Shown in pieces: positions 9,901-19,076 of a stretch of 64,000 nt of DNA (positions within the stretch are counted from its first letter, which is position 1; the number at the start of each line of letters is the position of its first letter). The translations under genes and the position numbers were made by a program. The stretch is from Bacteroidota bacterium (lineage in GTDB: Bacteria > Bacteroidota > Bacteroidia > AKYH767-A > 2013-40CM-41-45), in assembly GCA_016711505.1 (NCBI GenBank), contig JADJSV010000002.1, positions 442,839 through 506,838 of the forward strand. The letters run 5' to 3'. The notes under the pieces are model-generated. The model had not been told where the DNA came from, ran no database searches, and saw nothing but the letters and a program-made list of their open reading frames with translations.

Positions 9901-10553
9901 TATGGCCAAGTCTTGTCCGGTTGAAATTTGAAAAGGAAGTAATTGGATTTTATATTTCCGGACATCCGCTGGATCTTTACAAAATTGAAATGCGTAAACT
10001 TCAGAAGATAAAAGATCTGAAGGATGTAGAAAAGAATAAAGGAAAAGAATTGACCCTAGGCGCCATGATCACCAGTGTGAATCATCGCTTAAGTAAAAAC
10101 GGAAAGCCCTTTGGTAGTTTTACAATTGAAGATTATGAAGAAGGACATGAACTGGTTCTTTTTGGAGAAGATTATCTGAAGTTCAAAATGTGGCTGAATG
10201 TGGGCGAATTCCTCTTTATTAAAGGGAAGCTACAGGACCGGTATATGCAGCCCGGAAATACTGAATTTAAGATCAGTAATATTCAGCTTCTGGCAGACAT
10301 GCGCGAAAAGATCCTGAAAAATCTGACCGTTAAGGTTCCGATAAACCAGGTCAATAACGAATGGATAAATAGTATTGTGAACATCCTTAAAAACGATACT
10401 CAGCATAAAGAAGGCACTTGTACGCTTAAATTCAAGGTTTATGATCCGGCAGACCCAAGTCTGAATATCGACTTGCCGAGTAAAAAATATCGCATTAATC
10501 CTCAGAACGAACTGATCGATTCATTGGAAAAATTGGCAGAACTGGAATATTAG
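6972..10553 (+). CDS. dnaE: DNA polymerase III alpha subunit
   Basis: 1193 aa and intact. PHP domain [19 protein letters not shown].., ..[23 protein letters not shown].., ..PDIDTDF.., ..[24 protein letters not shown].., and a C-terminal OB-fold region. Confidence 0.95.
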   Translation: [1193 protein letters not shown]

Positions 10554-10694
10554 CGTCATCATTAGACTATATTGCAGTCCTGTCCGTTAGCAGTAATAGA
10601 TAGTCTGTCTAAGTGGCAGGGAATCACAAACGGCTTAGAATTTGCAAAGCCTGCTGTACAAAAGTAAATTTAAACAGTATAAAGAAAGTAAATT

Positions 10695-11015
10695 ATGGCA
10701 ATCGAAATCACAGATTCGAATTTTGAAGAAATGGTCTTAAAGTCTGATAAACCGGTACTGGTAGACTTCTGGGCAGAATGGTGTGGACCATGCAGAATGG
10801 TCGGCCCGATCGTAGAAGAATTAGCAAAAGAGTATGATGGAAAGGCAGTTATTGGAAAAGTAAATGTCGACAACAATCCGAATATCTCTATGAACTATGG
10901 AATCCGAAACATTCCGACGTTATTGATCTTTAAAAACGGAGAGATCGTAGACAAACAAGTTGGTGCAGTTCCAAAATCAATTTTAGCAAATAAACTGAAT
11001 GCTCAGTTAGTATAA
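10695..11015 (+). CDS. trxA: Thioredoxin
   Basis: 106 aa with active site WAEWCGPCR and ..IRNIPTLLIFKNGE... Confidence 0.9.
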   Translation: MAIEITDSNFEEMVLKSDKPVLVDFWAEWCGPCRMVGPIVEELAKEYDGKAVIGKVNVDNNPNISMNYGIRNIPTLLIFKNGEIVDKQVGAVPKSILANKLNAQLV

Positions 11016-11036
11016 ATAAAATTCAATCTTAAAAGC

Positions 11037-11066
11037 AAGCCGGGTCATGTGCCCGGCTTCTTTTTT
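11037..11066 (+). terminator. Rho-independent terminator after trxA
   Basis: AAGCCGGG (11037-11044) pairs with CCCGGCTT (11052-11059), followed by C then T6. Confidence 0.6.
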
Positions 11067-11076
11067 GTAAAAATTA

Positions 11077-11153
11077 AACACAAGGGCACTAAGTTCACAA
11101 TAAGAACACGGAATTCTTAGTGGTCTTGTTGTGAACTTAGTGCACTTTGTGTT
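11077..11153. repeat. Long imperfect hairpin (about 24-bp arms)
   Basis: AACACAAGGGCACTAAGTTCACAA (11077-11100) pairs with TTGTGAACTTAGTGCACTTTGTGTT (11129-11153). The intervening 28 nt is itself partly self-complementary. Confidence 0.5.
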
Positions 11154-11230
11154 AAAAAAGAATTACTTCTTCACAATTTAAACTAAGAAAAAAAGTTGTT
11201 AGAAATAACCCTGTTTAACTATATTTGAAT

Positions 11231-12148
11231 ATGCCCATCACCCAACACGAAATCCAGCAACTCGGTCACCTCGAACTACTCGCACGTCAGGTAGTAGAAG
11301 GTTTTATTACCGGTTTACATAAAAGTCCCTTTCATGGATTCTCAGTAGAGTTTGCTGAACATCGCATTTACAATAAAGGCGAATCTACAAAGCATATCGA
11401 CTGGCGATTATTTGGTCGCACCGATAAATTGTTTGTGAAGAGATATGAAGAGGAAACAAATTTGCGTTGTCAGCTGATCATCGACAATTCATCATCTATG
11501 CATTTTCCCGAAGACGGAAAGGTGCAGAGTAAAATAAATTTTTCCGTTCATGCAGCGGCAGCGATTGCTTATATGTTGAGAATGCAGCGTGATGCTGTCG
11601 GACTCAGTATTTTTTCTGATAAAATAGAGATCAATACACAGGCACGTTCAAGTTCTGTCCATCACAAAATGCTTTTTTCAGAAATGGAAAAACGTATTGC
11701 TGATACAAAGATCCAGACAGGTACTAAAACCATGGGTACTCAAGCCTTACACGAAATTGCAGAAACTATTCACAAGCGTTCTCTGGTAATCATTTTCAGT
11801 GACATGATGGATACTAACAACAATAAAGAAGAACTTTTCAGTGCATTGCAACATTTGAAACATAACAAACATGAAGTCGTTCTTTTCCATGTAACAGATA
11901 AAAAAACGGAAGAAGATTTTAAATTTGAAAACCGTCCATATCTTTTCGTTGATGTAGAAAGTGGTGAAGAAGTAAAAGTTCACTCCAACGAGATCCGCGA
12001 CACTTACATCAATTCAATGAAAGAATTCAAACACGATCTCAAACTCCGGTGCGCACAATATCGTATCGACTTCGTCGAAGCAGATATCAACGAAGGCTAT
12101 AGAAATGTTTTGTTGCCGTATTTGTTGAAGAGGGAGAAGATGGCTTGA
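11231..12148 (+). CDS. DUF58 (vWA-like) domain protein
   Basis: ..HKSPFHGFSVEFAEHRIYNKGESTKHIDWRLFGRTDKLFVKRYEEETN.. is the DUF58 signature region. ATG 11231 is preferred over TTG 11225. Confidence 0.75.
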   Translation: MPITQHEIQQLGHLELLARQVVEGFITGLHKSPFHGFSVEFAEHRIYNKGESTKHIDWRLFGRTDKLFVKRYEEETNLRCQLIIDNSSSMHFPEDGKVQSKINFSVHAAAAIAYMLRMQRDAVGLSIFSDKIEINTQARSSSVHHKMLFSEMEKRIADTKIQTGTKTMGTQALHEIAETIHKRSLVIIFSDMMDTNNNKEELFSALQHLKHNKHEVVLFHVTDKKTEEDFKFENRPYLFVDVESGEEVKVHSNEIRDTYINSMKEFKHDLKLRCAQYRIDFVEADINEGYRNVLLPYLLKREKMA

Positions 12149-12156
12149 TTCATTAA

Positions 12157-12256
12157 GTTCAAAGTTCAAGGTTCAAAGTTTAAAGTTGGCTTCGTAGGCA
12201 CCTACGAAGCCAACTTTGAACTTTGAACTTTGAACTTTGAACCTTGAACTTTGACC
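12157..12256. repeat. Second, longer copy of the GTTCAAA-array palindrome
   Basis: GTTCAAAGTTCAAGGTTCAAAGTTTAAAGTT-GGCTTCGTAGGCACCTACGAAGCC-AACTTTGAACTTTGAACTTTGAACTTTGAACCTTGAACTTTGACC. It has the same core as 2193-2264 with a changed loop, and it lies between convergent genes. Confidence 0.7.
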
Positions 12257-12262
12257 TCAGAC

Positions 12263-13303
12263 CTAATTATTCAAAAACAAAAACTCCCCCGGTATAATCC
12301 CCGTAGGTAAACTATTCAGCAATGTACCCGCCGGATCGTATCTGTAAATTCTCCCGGCTTGCTGGTAGTCGATAACATCAGAAACATATAACACACGACT
12401 TACTCTATCGAATGCCATTCCGTAGAAACTTTTTCCTGCAGCATCAACAAATGAAGAAGTTGGTAGAGACGAATCTGTAATCTGCATTTTATAAACATTT
12501 AAATTCAAAAAATATAGTTCATCGTTTGTTTCATTGATAATCAATCGTGTTGGAAAGTCGCCTGCAGGAAATGCCTGGGAAAATTCTATCATCTTTGTTG
12601 CAGGATCTATTCTGTGCAGACTGCCCGGAGCACTTGTCAAATAATCGCCACCGCAGAGAACCCAGAGCTTGTTGTTCATGTCCAGTTGCAGTGAATTTCC
12701 ACCCGGACCGATTAATATGCTGTCTTCCAGAATATCAGTTGTTGGTTCTATGATGTACAAGTATGAAGTTGAAAGATTGGTAACATAAACTTTTCCATTA
12801 TAAAGAAAAAGGTCTTCTGTTGAACCATTCAGCTGGATATTTCCTGTGATTAAATTCGATGAAAGATCAACAATTGAAATTCCGTTAGCATAAAGATCGG
12901 TAACATATGCTTTGCCGGGAGAAGCTTCTATCATAAAACGCGGAGAATTAAATCCCGTGATAGTAGCAGATTTTTTCATAGTAGTTGCTTCAACAACTTC
13001 GATTTTTGAAGAATTATTGACTACTATGTAGATCTTGTTATTTATTTTGGTCATGCTCTGACCTACATCTCCGAGATCTTCATCATTAGCAATTTTATAA
13101 ACATCCTGAATAGTTTCTGCTTCGGTCCCATTAGTATAGGAGATAGTCGCATTGCCATCGGTAAATGTTCCTTCATTACAAATGTAAATTCCGTTGACTT
13201 CGGCAGTGAAACTCGTTGTTGGAGTAGGTTCGTCGATCGTGTCTTTTTTGCAGGAGAATGATGCCAGTGATACAATAGCGAAAAGTGTAATTTTTAATTT
13301 CAT
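12263..13303 (-). CDS. Surface lipoprotein, YncE-like beta-propeller (DUF5074-like)
   Basis: Lipoprotein signal MKLKITLFAIVSLASFSC. ..NGIYICNEGTFTDGNATISY.. and repeated ..YVTD../..YVTN.. blades. It starts 8 nt downstream of the btuB-like receptor stop, so the two are probably one operon. Confidence 0.6.
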   Translation of the reverse strand: MKLKITLFAIVSLASFSCKKDTIDEPTPTTSFTAEVNGIYICNEGTFTDGNATISYTNGTEAETIQDVYKIANDEDLGDVGQSMTKINNKIYIVVNNSSKIEVVEATTMKKSATITGFNSPRFMIEASPGKAYVTDLYANGISIVDLSSNLITGNIQLNGSTEDLFLYNGKVYVTNLSTSYLYIIEPTTDILEDSILIGPGGNSLQLDMNNKLWVLCGGDYLTSAPGSLHRIDPATKMIEFSQAFPAGDFPTRLIINETNDELYFLNLNVYKMQITDSSLPTSSFVDAAGKSFYGMAFDRVSRVLYVSDVIDYQQAGRIYRYDPAGTLLNSLPTGIIPGEFLFLNN

Positions 13304-13310
13304 GATAGTG

Positions 13311-15221
13311 TTATTTTTTTTGTATGTATGTAATATTTATTCCGAAAGAATAATTTCTTAGTGGTTCCGGCCGGTTCAAAACTGATTGATAATCGGTATC
13401 AAAAAGATTGTCGACTCTGATAAACATTGAAAGTATTGTGTTTTGAATTTTCAGCTTTTGATCTAATTGTACTGAAGCTTTGTTATATGCATCTAAGTAA
13501 TGCAGATTGTCTGTAGATGAAAACCGGATGCCGGTATAGTTTTGGTTGAATGTGAAAACAGAGTTTTTATAACTAACAGATATGACTCCGCCAACTTTAT
13601 GTAATGGAACGTAGATCAATTGCTTTCCAACAGAAGCGTCAAAGGCCAGTTCAGAAGAAGTTGTTTCTGAAATTGTATATCCATAAAAAACACTGAAACG
13701 AAATCCGATTTTCCGGAATTTCTTTTTGAAAAGTAAATTGCTTTCTGTTCCGTACGAATGAACATTTTTTATGTTTGAGGGTGTCCAGAGAATACCATGT
13801 GGAGCCCATGCGATCCAATTGTTAACCTCTTTGTCAAATGCAGTCATCTGAATTGAAAATGCATTTGAATCGTTTGAATTTTTTACAACGAGTTGGCGGA
13901 TATTCAGATCAATAGTTCCTTCATAAGAATATCCGGTTTCAGGAAGTAAATTCAGGTTTCCACCCGGTTGCCAGAAAAGGTCATTGACTTGTGGATTTCG
14001 GTAAACTGTGCCATAGTTCCCAAGGATATTAATGTAATTCGTAATTTTATAGTTCACACCTGCAGAGAATACAACCGGTGGGTTTTGAAATTCATTGACT
14101 TCTTTTCGGGAAGAAAGTGAAACGCTGAGGTTTTTGTATTTTAAATTATATCCAAGAAATGCTGCCTTGCGAATTACATCTGCTTGCTTTTTAAATTCTG
14201 TCGCATTTGCATTTATCATTGTAAAATTCAGGCCTGCTTGAAAGCTATGGATGTTGTTTATAGAAAACGAATATTCCGGTTCAGAAATAAAAGTTTTGCA
14301 TAGCGAAACCGATGGTTCATTCAATGAAGAGTCGTTGTAGTATAATTCTTCATTAGAGTATGCGTTTCTGAAAACGAATTTTCCGTGCTTTGCAGACTTT
14401 GTAAAAATGAGATTATATCTGAAATTTTTGTCAGTCTGAACAGCCTCGGAAATCGATTCAGTTAAGACCGGAGCAATGTTTCTATCGGCAAACTGATACC
14501 AGAAATTAAAACTCAGATCAGTTCTTGAATTGAAAATATAACTGTTTTCTGCAATTATTCCTCTTCCTTTCGCTTCGGCATGAACTTGTTTTTTCAGTTG
14601 ATCGTTATGATGAAATGAAAATTCATTTTTCTCATCGGTAAAGAAAAGTTTTACAGATGAATTGAAATTCTTTATTGAAAATTTACTTTCGGCATAATTT
14701 GCAAAGCCTGATGCTGTGCTATACCTGCTTCCGATTTTAATAGAATTATTGTTTACGAAAATATTACTATTACCCAACTGGATCGTTCCGCTGATAGCAC
14801 CACTTCCCCAAAGTGATGAAGATCCGCCATATTGAATTGAAATATCATCAAACAAAAATGTGGGTAACAGATTAAAATCCATTACGCCATTCATAGGATT
14901 GGCGATAGAGAATCCTTTCCATAGCACTGCTGTATGGTATGCACTTCCACCTCTTAATGATACACTTGACAGTGCACCAGGACCATAATTTTTTACAAGA
15001 GCCGGGGAATAGTCAGTTAAATAATTACCAAGTGTCTGATCAATATGGATCATCTTAAGCAATGAATCCGGACGTTCTGTTTTTAATCCCGACTGCTGAA
15101 TGTCTGATCGTACTGCGCTGATAATTACAGCGCGTAATTGAAGAGCTGTTGTATCATCCTGTGCGAATAGCAGCAGAGGAGAGAAATAAAATAAAATTAA
15201 AATGACTTTTTTGATAAGCAT
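13311..15221 (-). CDS. btuB: TonB-dependent outer-membrane receptor, probable cobalamin transporter
   Basis: About 636 aa with signal peptide MLIKKVILILFYFSPLLLFAQ, a plug region and a long beta-barrel. ATG 15221 is preferred over the TTG at 15230. A cobalamin riboswitch sits in its 5' leader. Confidence 0.7.
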   Translation of the reverse strand: MLIKKVILILFYFSPLLLFAQDDTTALQLRAVIISAVRSDIQQSGLKTERPDSLLKMIHIDQTLGNYLTDYSPALVKNYGPGALSSVSLRGGSAYHTAVLWKGFSIANPMNGVMDFNLLPTFLFDDISIQYGGSSSLWGSGAISGTIQLGNSNIFVNNNSIKIGSRYSTASGFANYAESKFSIKNFNSSVKLFFTDEKNEFSFHHNDQLKKQVHAEAKGRGIIAENSYIFNSRTDLSFNFWYQFADRNIAPVLTESISEAVQTDKNFRYNLIFTKSAKHGKFVFRNAYSNEELYYNDSSLNEPSVSLCKTFISEPEYSFSINNIHSFQAGLNFTMINANATEFKKQADVIRKAAFLGYNLKYKNLSVSLSSRKEVNEFQNPPVVFSAGVNYKITNYINILGNYGTVYRNPQVNDLFWQPGGNLNLLPETGYSYEGTIDLNIRQLVVKNSNDSNAFSIQMTAFDKEVNNWIAWAPHGILWTPSNIKNVHSYGTESNLLFKKKFRKIGFRFSVFYGYTISETTSSELAFDASVGKQLIYVPLHKVGGVISVSYKNSVFTFNQNYTGIRFSSTDNLHYLDAYNKASVQLDQKLKIQNTILSMFIRVDNLFDTDYQSVLNRPEPLRNYSFGINITYIQKK

Positions 15222-15309
15222 TGATCCCAATGGGAATGAACAAAAACAATGCAGCAGCGACGCAGATAACAGTTATGGGCTGTATCAAACGACATGAGCT
15301 TCTTTTCGC

Positions 15310-15475
15310 GAAAGCATTGTCTATTACAAAGTGGCAGGTCTCCTGGCTTACTCTTCCGGCAACCTTCCCATATCTGAAATGATACAGTGGTATATAGCCG
15401 GTAATGTTTGAGTTTTACAGTTGCGCGTCAGCCCGTGATTTTCACACGGTTCCCTATTAATTCATTTCTTAATTG
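15310..15475 (-). promoter_or_regulatory. Cobalamin (B12) riboswitch
   Basis: The minus strand reads AATAGGGAACCGTGTGAAAATCACGGGCTGACGCGCAACTGTAAAAC...GGGAAGGTTGCCGGAAGAGTAAGCCAGGAGACCTGCCAC. The B12 box GCCAGGAGACCTGCC is at plus 15333-15347 and the conserved GGGAACC...GTGAAAATC...CGCAACTGTAA core at 15410-15458. The outer boundaries are approximate. Confidence 0.85.
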
Positions 15476-15676
15476 AAATGAAACCAATCTGTGTTCAAAG
15501 AACCGGGACAAATGTACAATTATCTTGGATAAATCCTAGTGTCATTATTTACCTCAAAAAATGGGGAATTATGATAATAATTTATCATTTTTGCTTTTGC
15601 GTAATGAATATGGAGTAAATGAAAATCTAACTCTGTATCATTTTATTAATTTATTGTTCCACAAAAAAAACACACT

Positions 15677-16108
15677 ATGTCATTCACATCAGAGTTCCGT
15701 GATTTCATTTCTAAAGGAAATGTAGTCGATCTTGCAGTCGGTGTTGTTATCGGAGGTGCCTTCGGTAAGATCATTGATTCATTAGTAAACGATATTTTAA
15801 TGCCACCATTAGGATTGATAATCGGCGGTGTTGATTTTAAAGATCTGAAAATTGCTATTCAGGCAGCTTCAGTTGATGCTGCGGGCAAAGTTATTCCGGC
15901 GGTTACTATCAATTACGGAATGTTTATTCAGGCTGCTATTACTTTTCTCCTTATTGCTCTTGCAGTATTCATGTTCGTTGTTAAGCCAATGAATGCTATG
16001 CGTAAACGTGCAGAGAAAAATGCTGCACCCGCTGCTCCTGCAGGACCGCCGCCACCAACGAAAGATCAGGCGTTGTTGACAGAGATACGGGATCTTTTGA
16101 AGAAGTAA
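15677..16108 (+). CDS. mscL: Large-conductance mechanosensitive channel
   Basis: [57 protein letters not shown].., a second TM helix and a charged C-terminus. Confidence 0.9.
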   Translation: MSFTSEFRDFISKGNVVDLAVGVVIGGAFGKIIDSLVNDILMPPLGLIIGGVDFKDLKIAIQAASVDAAGKVIPAVTINYGMFIQAAITFLLIALAVFMFVVKPMNAMRKRAEKNAAPAAPAGPPPPTKDQALLTEIRDLLKK

Positions 16109-16145
16109 TTGTCGCTTCCTGAAAGGTTGTACTTTTAATTGATTA

Positions 16146-16213
16146 GGTCAAGGGTCAAAGGTCAAGGGTTAAACTGCGAAAGTAGTTTGACCTTTGACCC
16201 TTGACCCTTGACC
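16146..16213. repeat. Palindrome built from GGTCAAG/GGTCAAA heptamer arrays
   Basis: GGTCAAGGGTCAAAGGTCAAGGGTTAAACT-GCGAAAG-AGTTTGACCTTTGACCCTTGACCCTTGACC, directly 3' of mscL. Same architecture as the elements at 2193 and 12157 but with a different word. Confidence 0.65.
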
Positions 16214-16320
16214 ATTTTACACAATGTCTTACACTTTTACATTCACATGTAAGGTTTCTCTCTGTTTTAAAGCATCCCGACTTCGTAAAGTTGTTCTTTA
16301 GCTTCTGCAAACGCACGCAA

Positions 16321-17730
16321 ATGAGAACAACGCTACTTTTCTTAGCATTATTAGTTTCTAAGGTTTCTTTTAGTCAGGACATGCTTGGAGTGTCGAATGG
16401 AAATTATGCCGGTAACTCGGGAATGGCCATGAATCCGACAGCAATGTTGCTGATGCCTTATAAATGGGAACTTCAGATACTAAGTTTTAATTTATCAGTC
16501 GACAATAATTTTGTCGGTATGCCCAAACGGAAAATTTTAGGCGGAACGGAGTCGATGAATAATGAGCCGTATGGCGGATTGAATTTCTATACTAACAGTC
16601 GTGATAAAGCCGCCAATATGCACTTTGCTTTAGGATTGCCGGCAATAATTTTCCGTTTCAAAGACATGGCAATTGGTGCACATATGACGATCAGAAATGA
16701 TCTGAGTGTTCACAATGTTTCTTCTGATCTGGCAATTCTTGCATACAAGGGAATGGATTACAAATCAATTCAGGGAAGAAATATTGCAGTCGATGGAATG
16801 AGAATCGGTGATCTGACATTCATCGAAACTGCAGTTTCATTTGGTAAACAATTAAGTAAAAGTGAATCAAGAAAATGGCTGGCTGCAGGATCGTTAAAGT
16901 ATATCACAGCCTTTCAGGGTTCATATGCCGGAATTGATGATGCAAATCTGCGCGTAGAAAATGACACAACAATTTATATTACTAAAATTAAAGGTAGCAT
17001 CGATTATTCATACATAGAAGATCCGGCTGATCTTTTAAAATTCAGATGCACAGGAATTGGTTTTGATCTCGGCACTCAATATGTTTCAAATCCATTCACG
17101 CAAAAATATTCCAATGGTCGTCCGATCCCAATGAAGAAATACGATTACAGAGTAGGAGTATCGTTGATGGATCTGGGTTTTGTCCGGTTTGGAAGAAATG
17201 CACATGCAATGGATTTTAATACCGATGCTTTGAATTTCGATAATGTACCAAATACACAGATTAATGGAACTGCCGGTGTAGATTCGTTGATCTATGCCAC
17301 TGCAATGAATGGAACAGCAATCAAGAACAGTTTTGTTATGTCACTTCCTACCGGATTAAGCATTCAATTCGACAGGTGTCTGAAACCACGTTGGTATTTA
17401 AATATGACAGCGATTCAAAGAGTGCCAATGCCTATGGCAAGAGTTGATCGTCCTAATATGCTTGGTGCAACAATCCGTTATGAAACACCGTTTTTTGAAG
17501 TTGGATTTCCCTACAGCTTTTATGATTATTATCGTCACCGGTTAGGATTGGCAATGCGGTATCACATCTTTTATATCGGGACAGACAGAATGGGCACATT
17601 TATCAGTGATCGGTTTGCCGGAGATGATATAACAGGAGTCGATCTTTATTTTGGTTTTAAATTAACGAGTATAGATTTTAAGCGCAAGTCGAAGCCGCAT
17701 TCGCATGTTGGATGTGCAGCGTACTACTAA
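16321..17730 (+). CDS. Putative outer-membrane protein of unknown function (possibly DUF5723-like)
   Basis: ATG 16321 gives signal peptide MRTTLLFLALLVSKVSFSQ. The body is beta-strand-rich with an aromatic C-terminus (..CAAYY). The track start at 16201 runs through the palindrome and was rejected. The family name is uncertain. Confidence 0.45.
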   Translation: MRTTLLFLALLVSKVSFSQDMLGVSNGNYAGNSGMAMNPTAMLLMPYKWELQILSFNLSVDNNFVGMPKRKILGGTESMNNEPYGGLNFYTNSRDKAANMHFALGLPAIIFRFKDMAIGAHMTIRNDLSVHNVSSDLAILAYKGMDYKSIQGRNIAVDGMRIGDLTFIETAVSFGKQLSKSESRKWLAAGSLKYITAFQGSYAGIDDANLRVENDTTIYITKIKGSIDYSYIEDPADLLKFRCTGIGFDLGTQYVSNPFTQKYSNGRPIPMKKYDYRVGVSLMDLGFVRFGRNAHAMDFNTDALNFDNVPNTQINGTAGVDSLIYATAMNGTAIKNSFVMSLPTGLSIQFDRCLKPRWYLNMTAIQRVPMPMARVDRPNMLGATIRYETPFFEVGFPYSFYDYYRHRLGLAMRYHIFYIGTDRMGTFISDRFAGDDITGVDLYFGFKLTSIDFKRKSKPHSHVGCAAYY

Positions 17731-17846
17731 GATTTCCGCTAAATGTATAATTGCAAATCGAAGCCAAATTTCGCAATCTGCACTCAATAATATTTAAAAT
17801 ATTTTGGATTTGGGTATATTGCATAGTTCAATATATTCAGATTGTA

Positions 17847-18584
17847 CTAGTATTCATCTTTAAGTTCGCTTAATTCTAACGTCAATGGAAGTTTGTAAAA
17901 TTTGTCACCTAACAATTCAGTGATATGTGATTTTTTTGGATTTAACACAATCAGATTATTCTTTACTGTAACGTTGTCAACCAGCGAATAAATATCTTCG
18001 TATGAATTTAAATTTATACTTCCTTGTTTTTTTGCATTTGTCTTTTTGTCAAAGTACTTAATTAGAATACAGGAAGGTTTTAGGTTTGGTTTTATTTGAT
18101 AACTTAAGTCCACTTTATATGCTTTCGTATCTTTAGTTTTGAAATAAATCTCAATTTCCTGATTGTATTTTTCTATTAAGGTTTCAACCTCGATTATTTT
18201 TTTAGTCTTTATATTATCTGCCTGGAATAAAAAATACAAAACATTAAATGCAGCTTTAATCCATTTATCCTTATTAAATTCGCTTAATGAATTAAAGTCC
18301 GATGGTTGGATTCCGTAATGAACGGATTTTAATCGTATATCATATTCTGTTTTTTGTATTTCAATGGCATTGTCTGACAAAGTTGGAGACAAATAAAGGT
18401 AAAGGTGATCAAACACTCCTGAAATAAAATTTAATTCATTTAATTTCCGTGCAATCCTTTCTCCAATGTGTTTTGTATCGGGAGTATTTTTAAAGACGTT
18501 TCCGAGAGTGCCGTCGTACTGCCCGGTATAGTTTTCAGGTTTTTTTTCATAAAAGCGAATGTCGCGAATTATTCTATCTCCCAT
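17847..18584 (-). CDS. Hypothetical protein (no recognisable family)
   Basis: 245-aa ORF in a very AT-rich stretch. No signal peptide and no motifs I can name. Confidence 0.45.
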   Translation of the reverse strand: MGDRIIRDIRFYEKKPENYTGQYDGTLGNVFKNTPDTKHIGERIARKLNELNFISGVFDHLYLYLSPTLSDNAIEIQKTEYDIRLKSVHYGIQPSDFNSLSEFNKDKWIKAAFNVLYFLFQADNIKTKKIIEVETLIEKYNQEIEIYFKTKDTKAYKVDLSYQIKPNLKPSCILIKYFDKKTNAKKQGSINLNSYEDIYSLVDNVTVKNNLIVLNPKKSHITELLGDKFYKLPLTLELSELKDEY

Positions 18585-18614
18585 TTTTGTTTACTTCAAT
18601 TAATTCCCGTAAAA

Positions 18615-19076
18615 TTAATTTGTTGGTTGAAAACCTTCTCGCTCTGCAACTAAAACCATTTCATCAAATATCTTAAAGATATCTTGTCCATTCGATTTCA
18701 AAATAAAGTCTATACTCAATTGTTTGCGAAAACCATTTTTTGAATCAATTAGAAAGCCGAATGAGTCATATGTTTTTGAAAAATCCGTTATTTTCTTTAG
18801 ACCACCTTTCGCCTTCATAAATGGAATATCACAATCAATTGTTGCGTATGCTATCAAAGCATCACGGGGGTCTTCTTGAAAATAGAATCCCGTCTGATAG
18901 TTTTTATGCTTGCCAATAAATGTTTTACTTCTAACTTCATAATATCCTTTTAATTTTAAAGCCGTTAGAAGTAAGGAATTATTGACCTCGTTTAACAATC
19001 TGACTTGTTTTTTGCGACGAAAAAATATAAATAGAATAGCCAGGCTAATAAATCCAATTGCAAGTATATAGTCCAT
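18615..19076 (-). CDS. Hypothetical N-terminally membrane-anchored protein
   Basis: 153 aa with one N-terminal TM helix (YILAIGFISLAILFIFF). Co-directional with 17847-18584 and 30 nt upstream of it. Confidence 0.45.
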   Translation of the reverse strand: MDYILAIGFISLAILFIFFRRKKQVRLLNEVNNSLLLTALKLKGYYEVRSKTFIGKHKNYQTGFYFQEDPRDALIAYATIDCDIPFMKAKGGLKKITDFSKTYDSFGFLIDSKNGFRKQLSIDFILKSNGQDIFKIFDEMVLVAEREGFQPTN

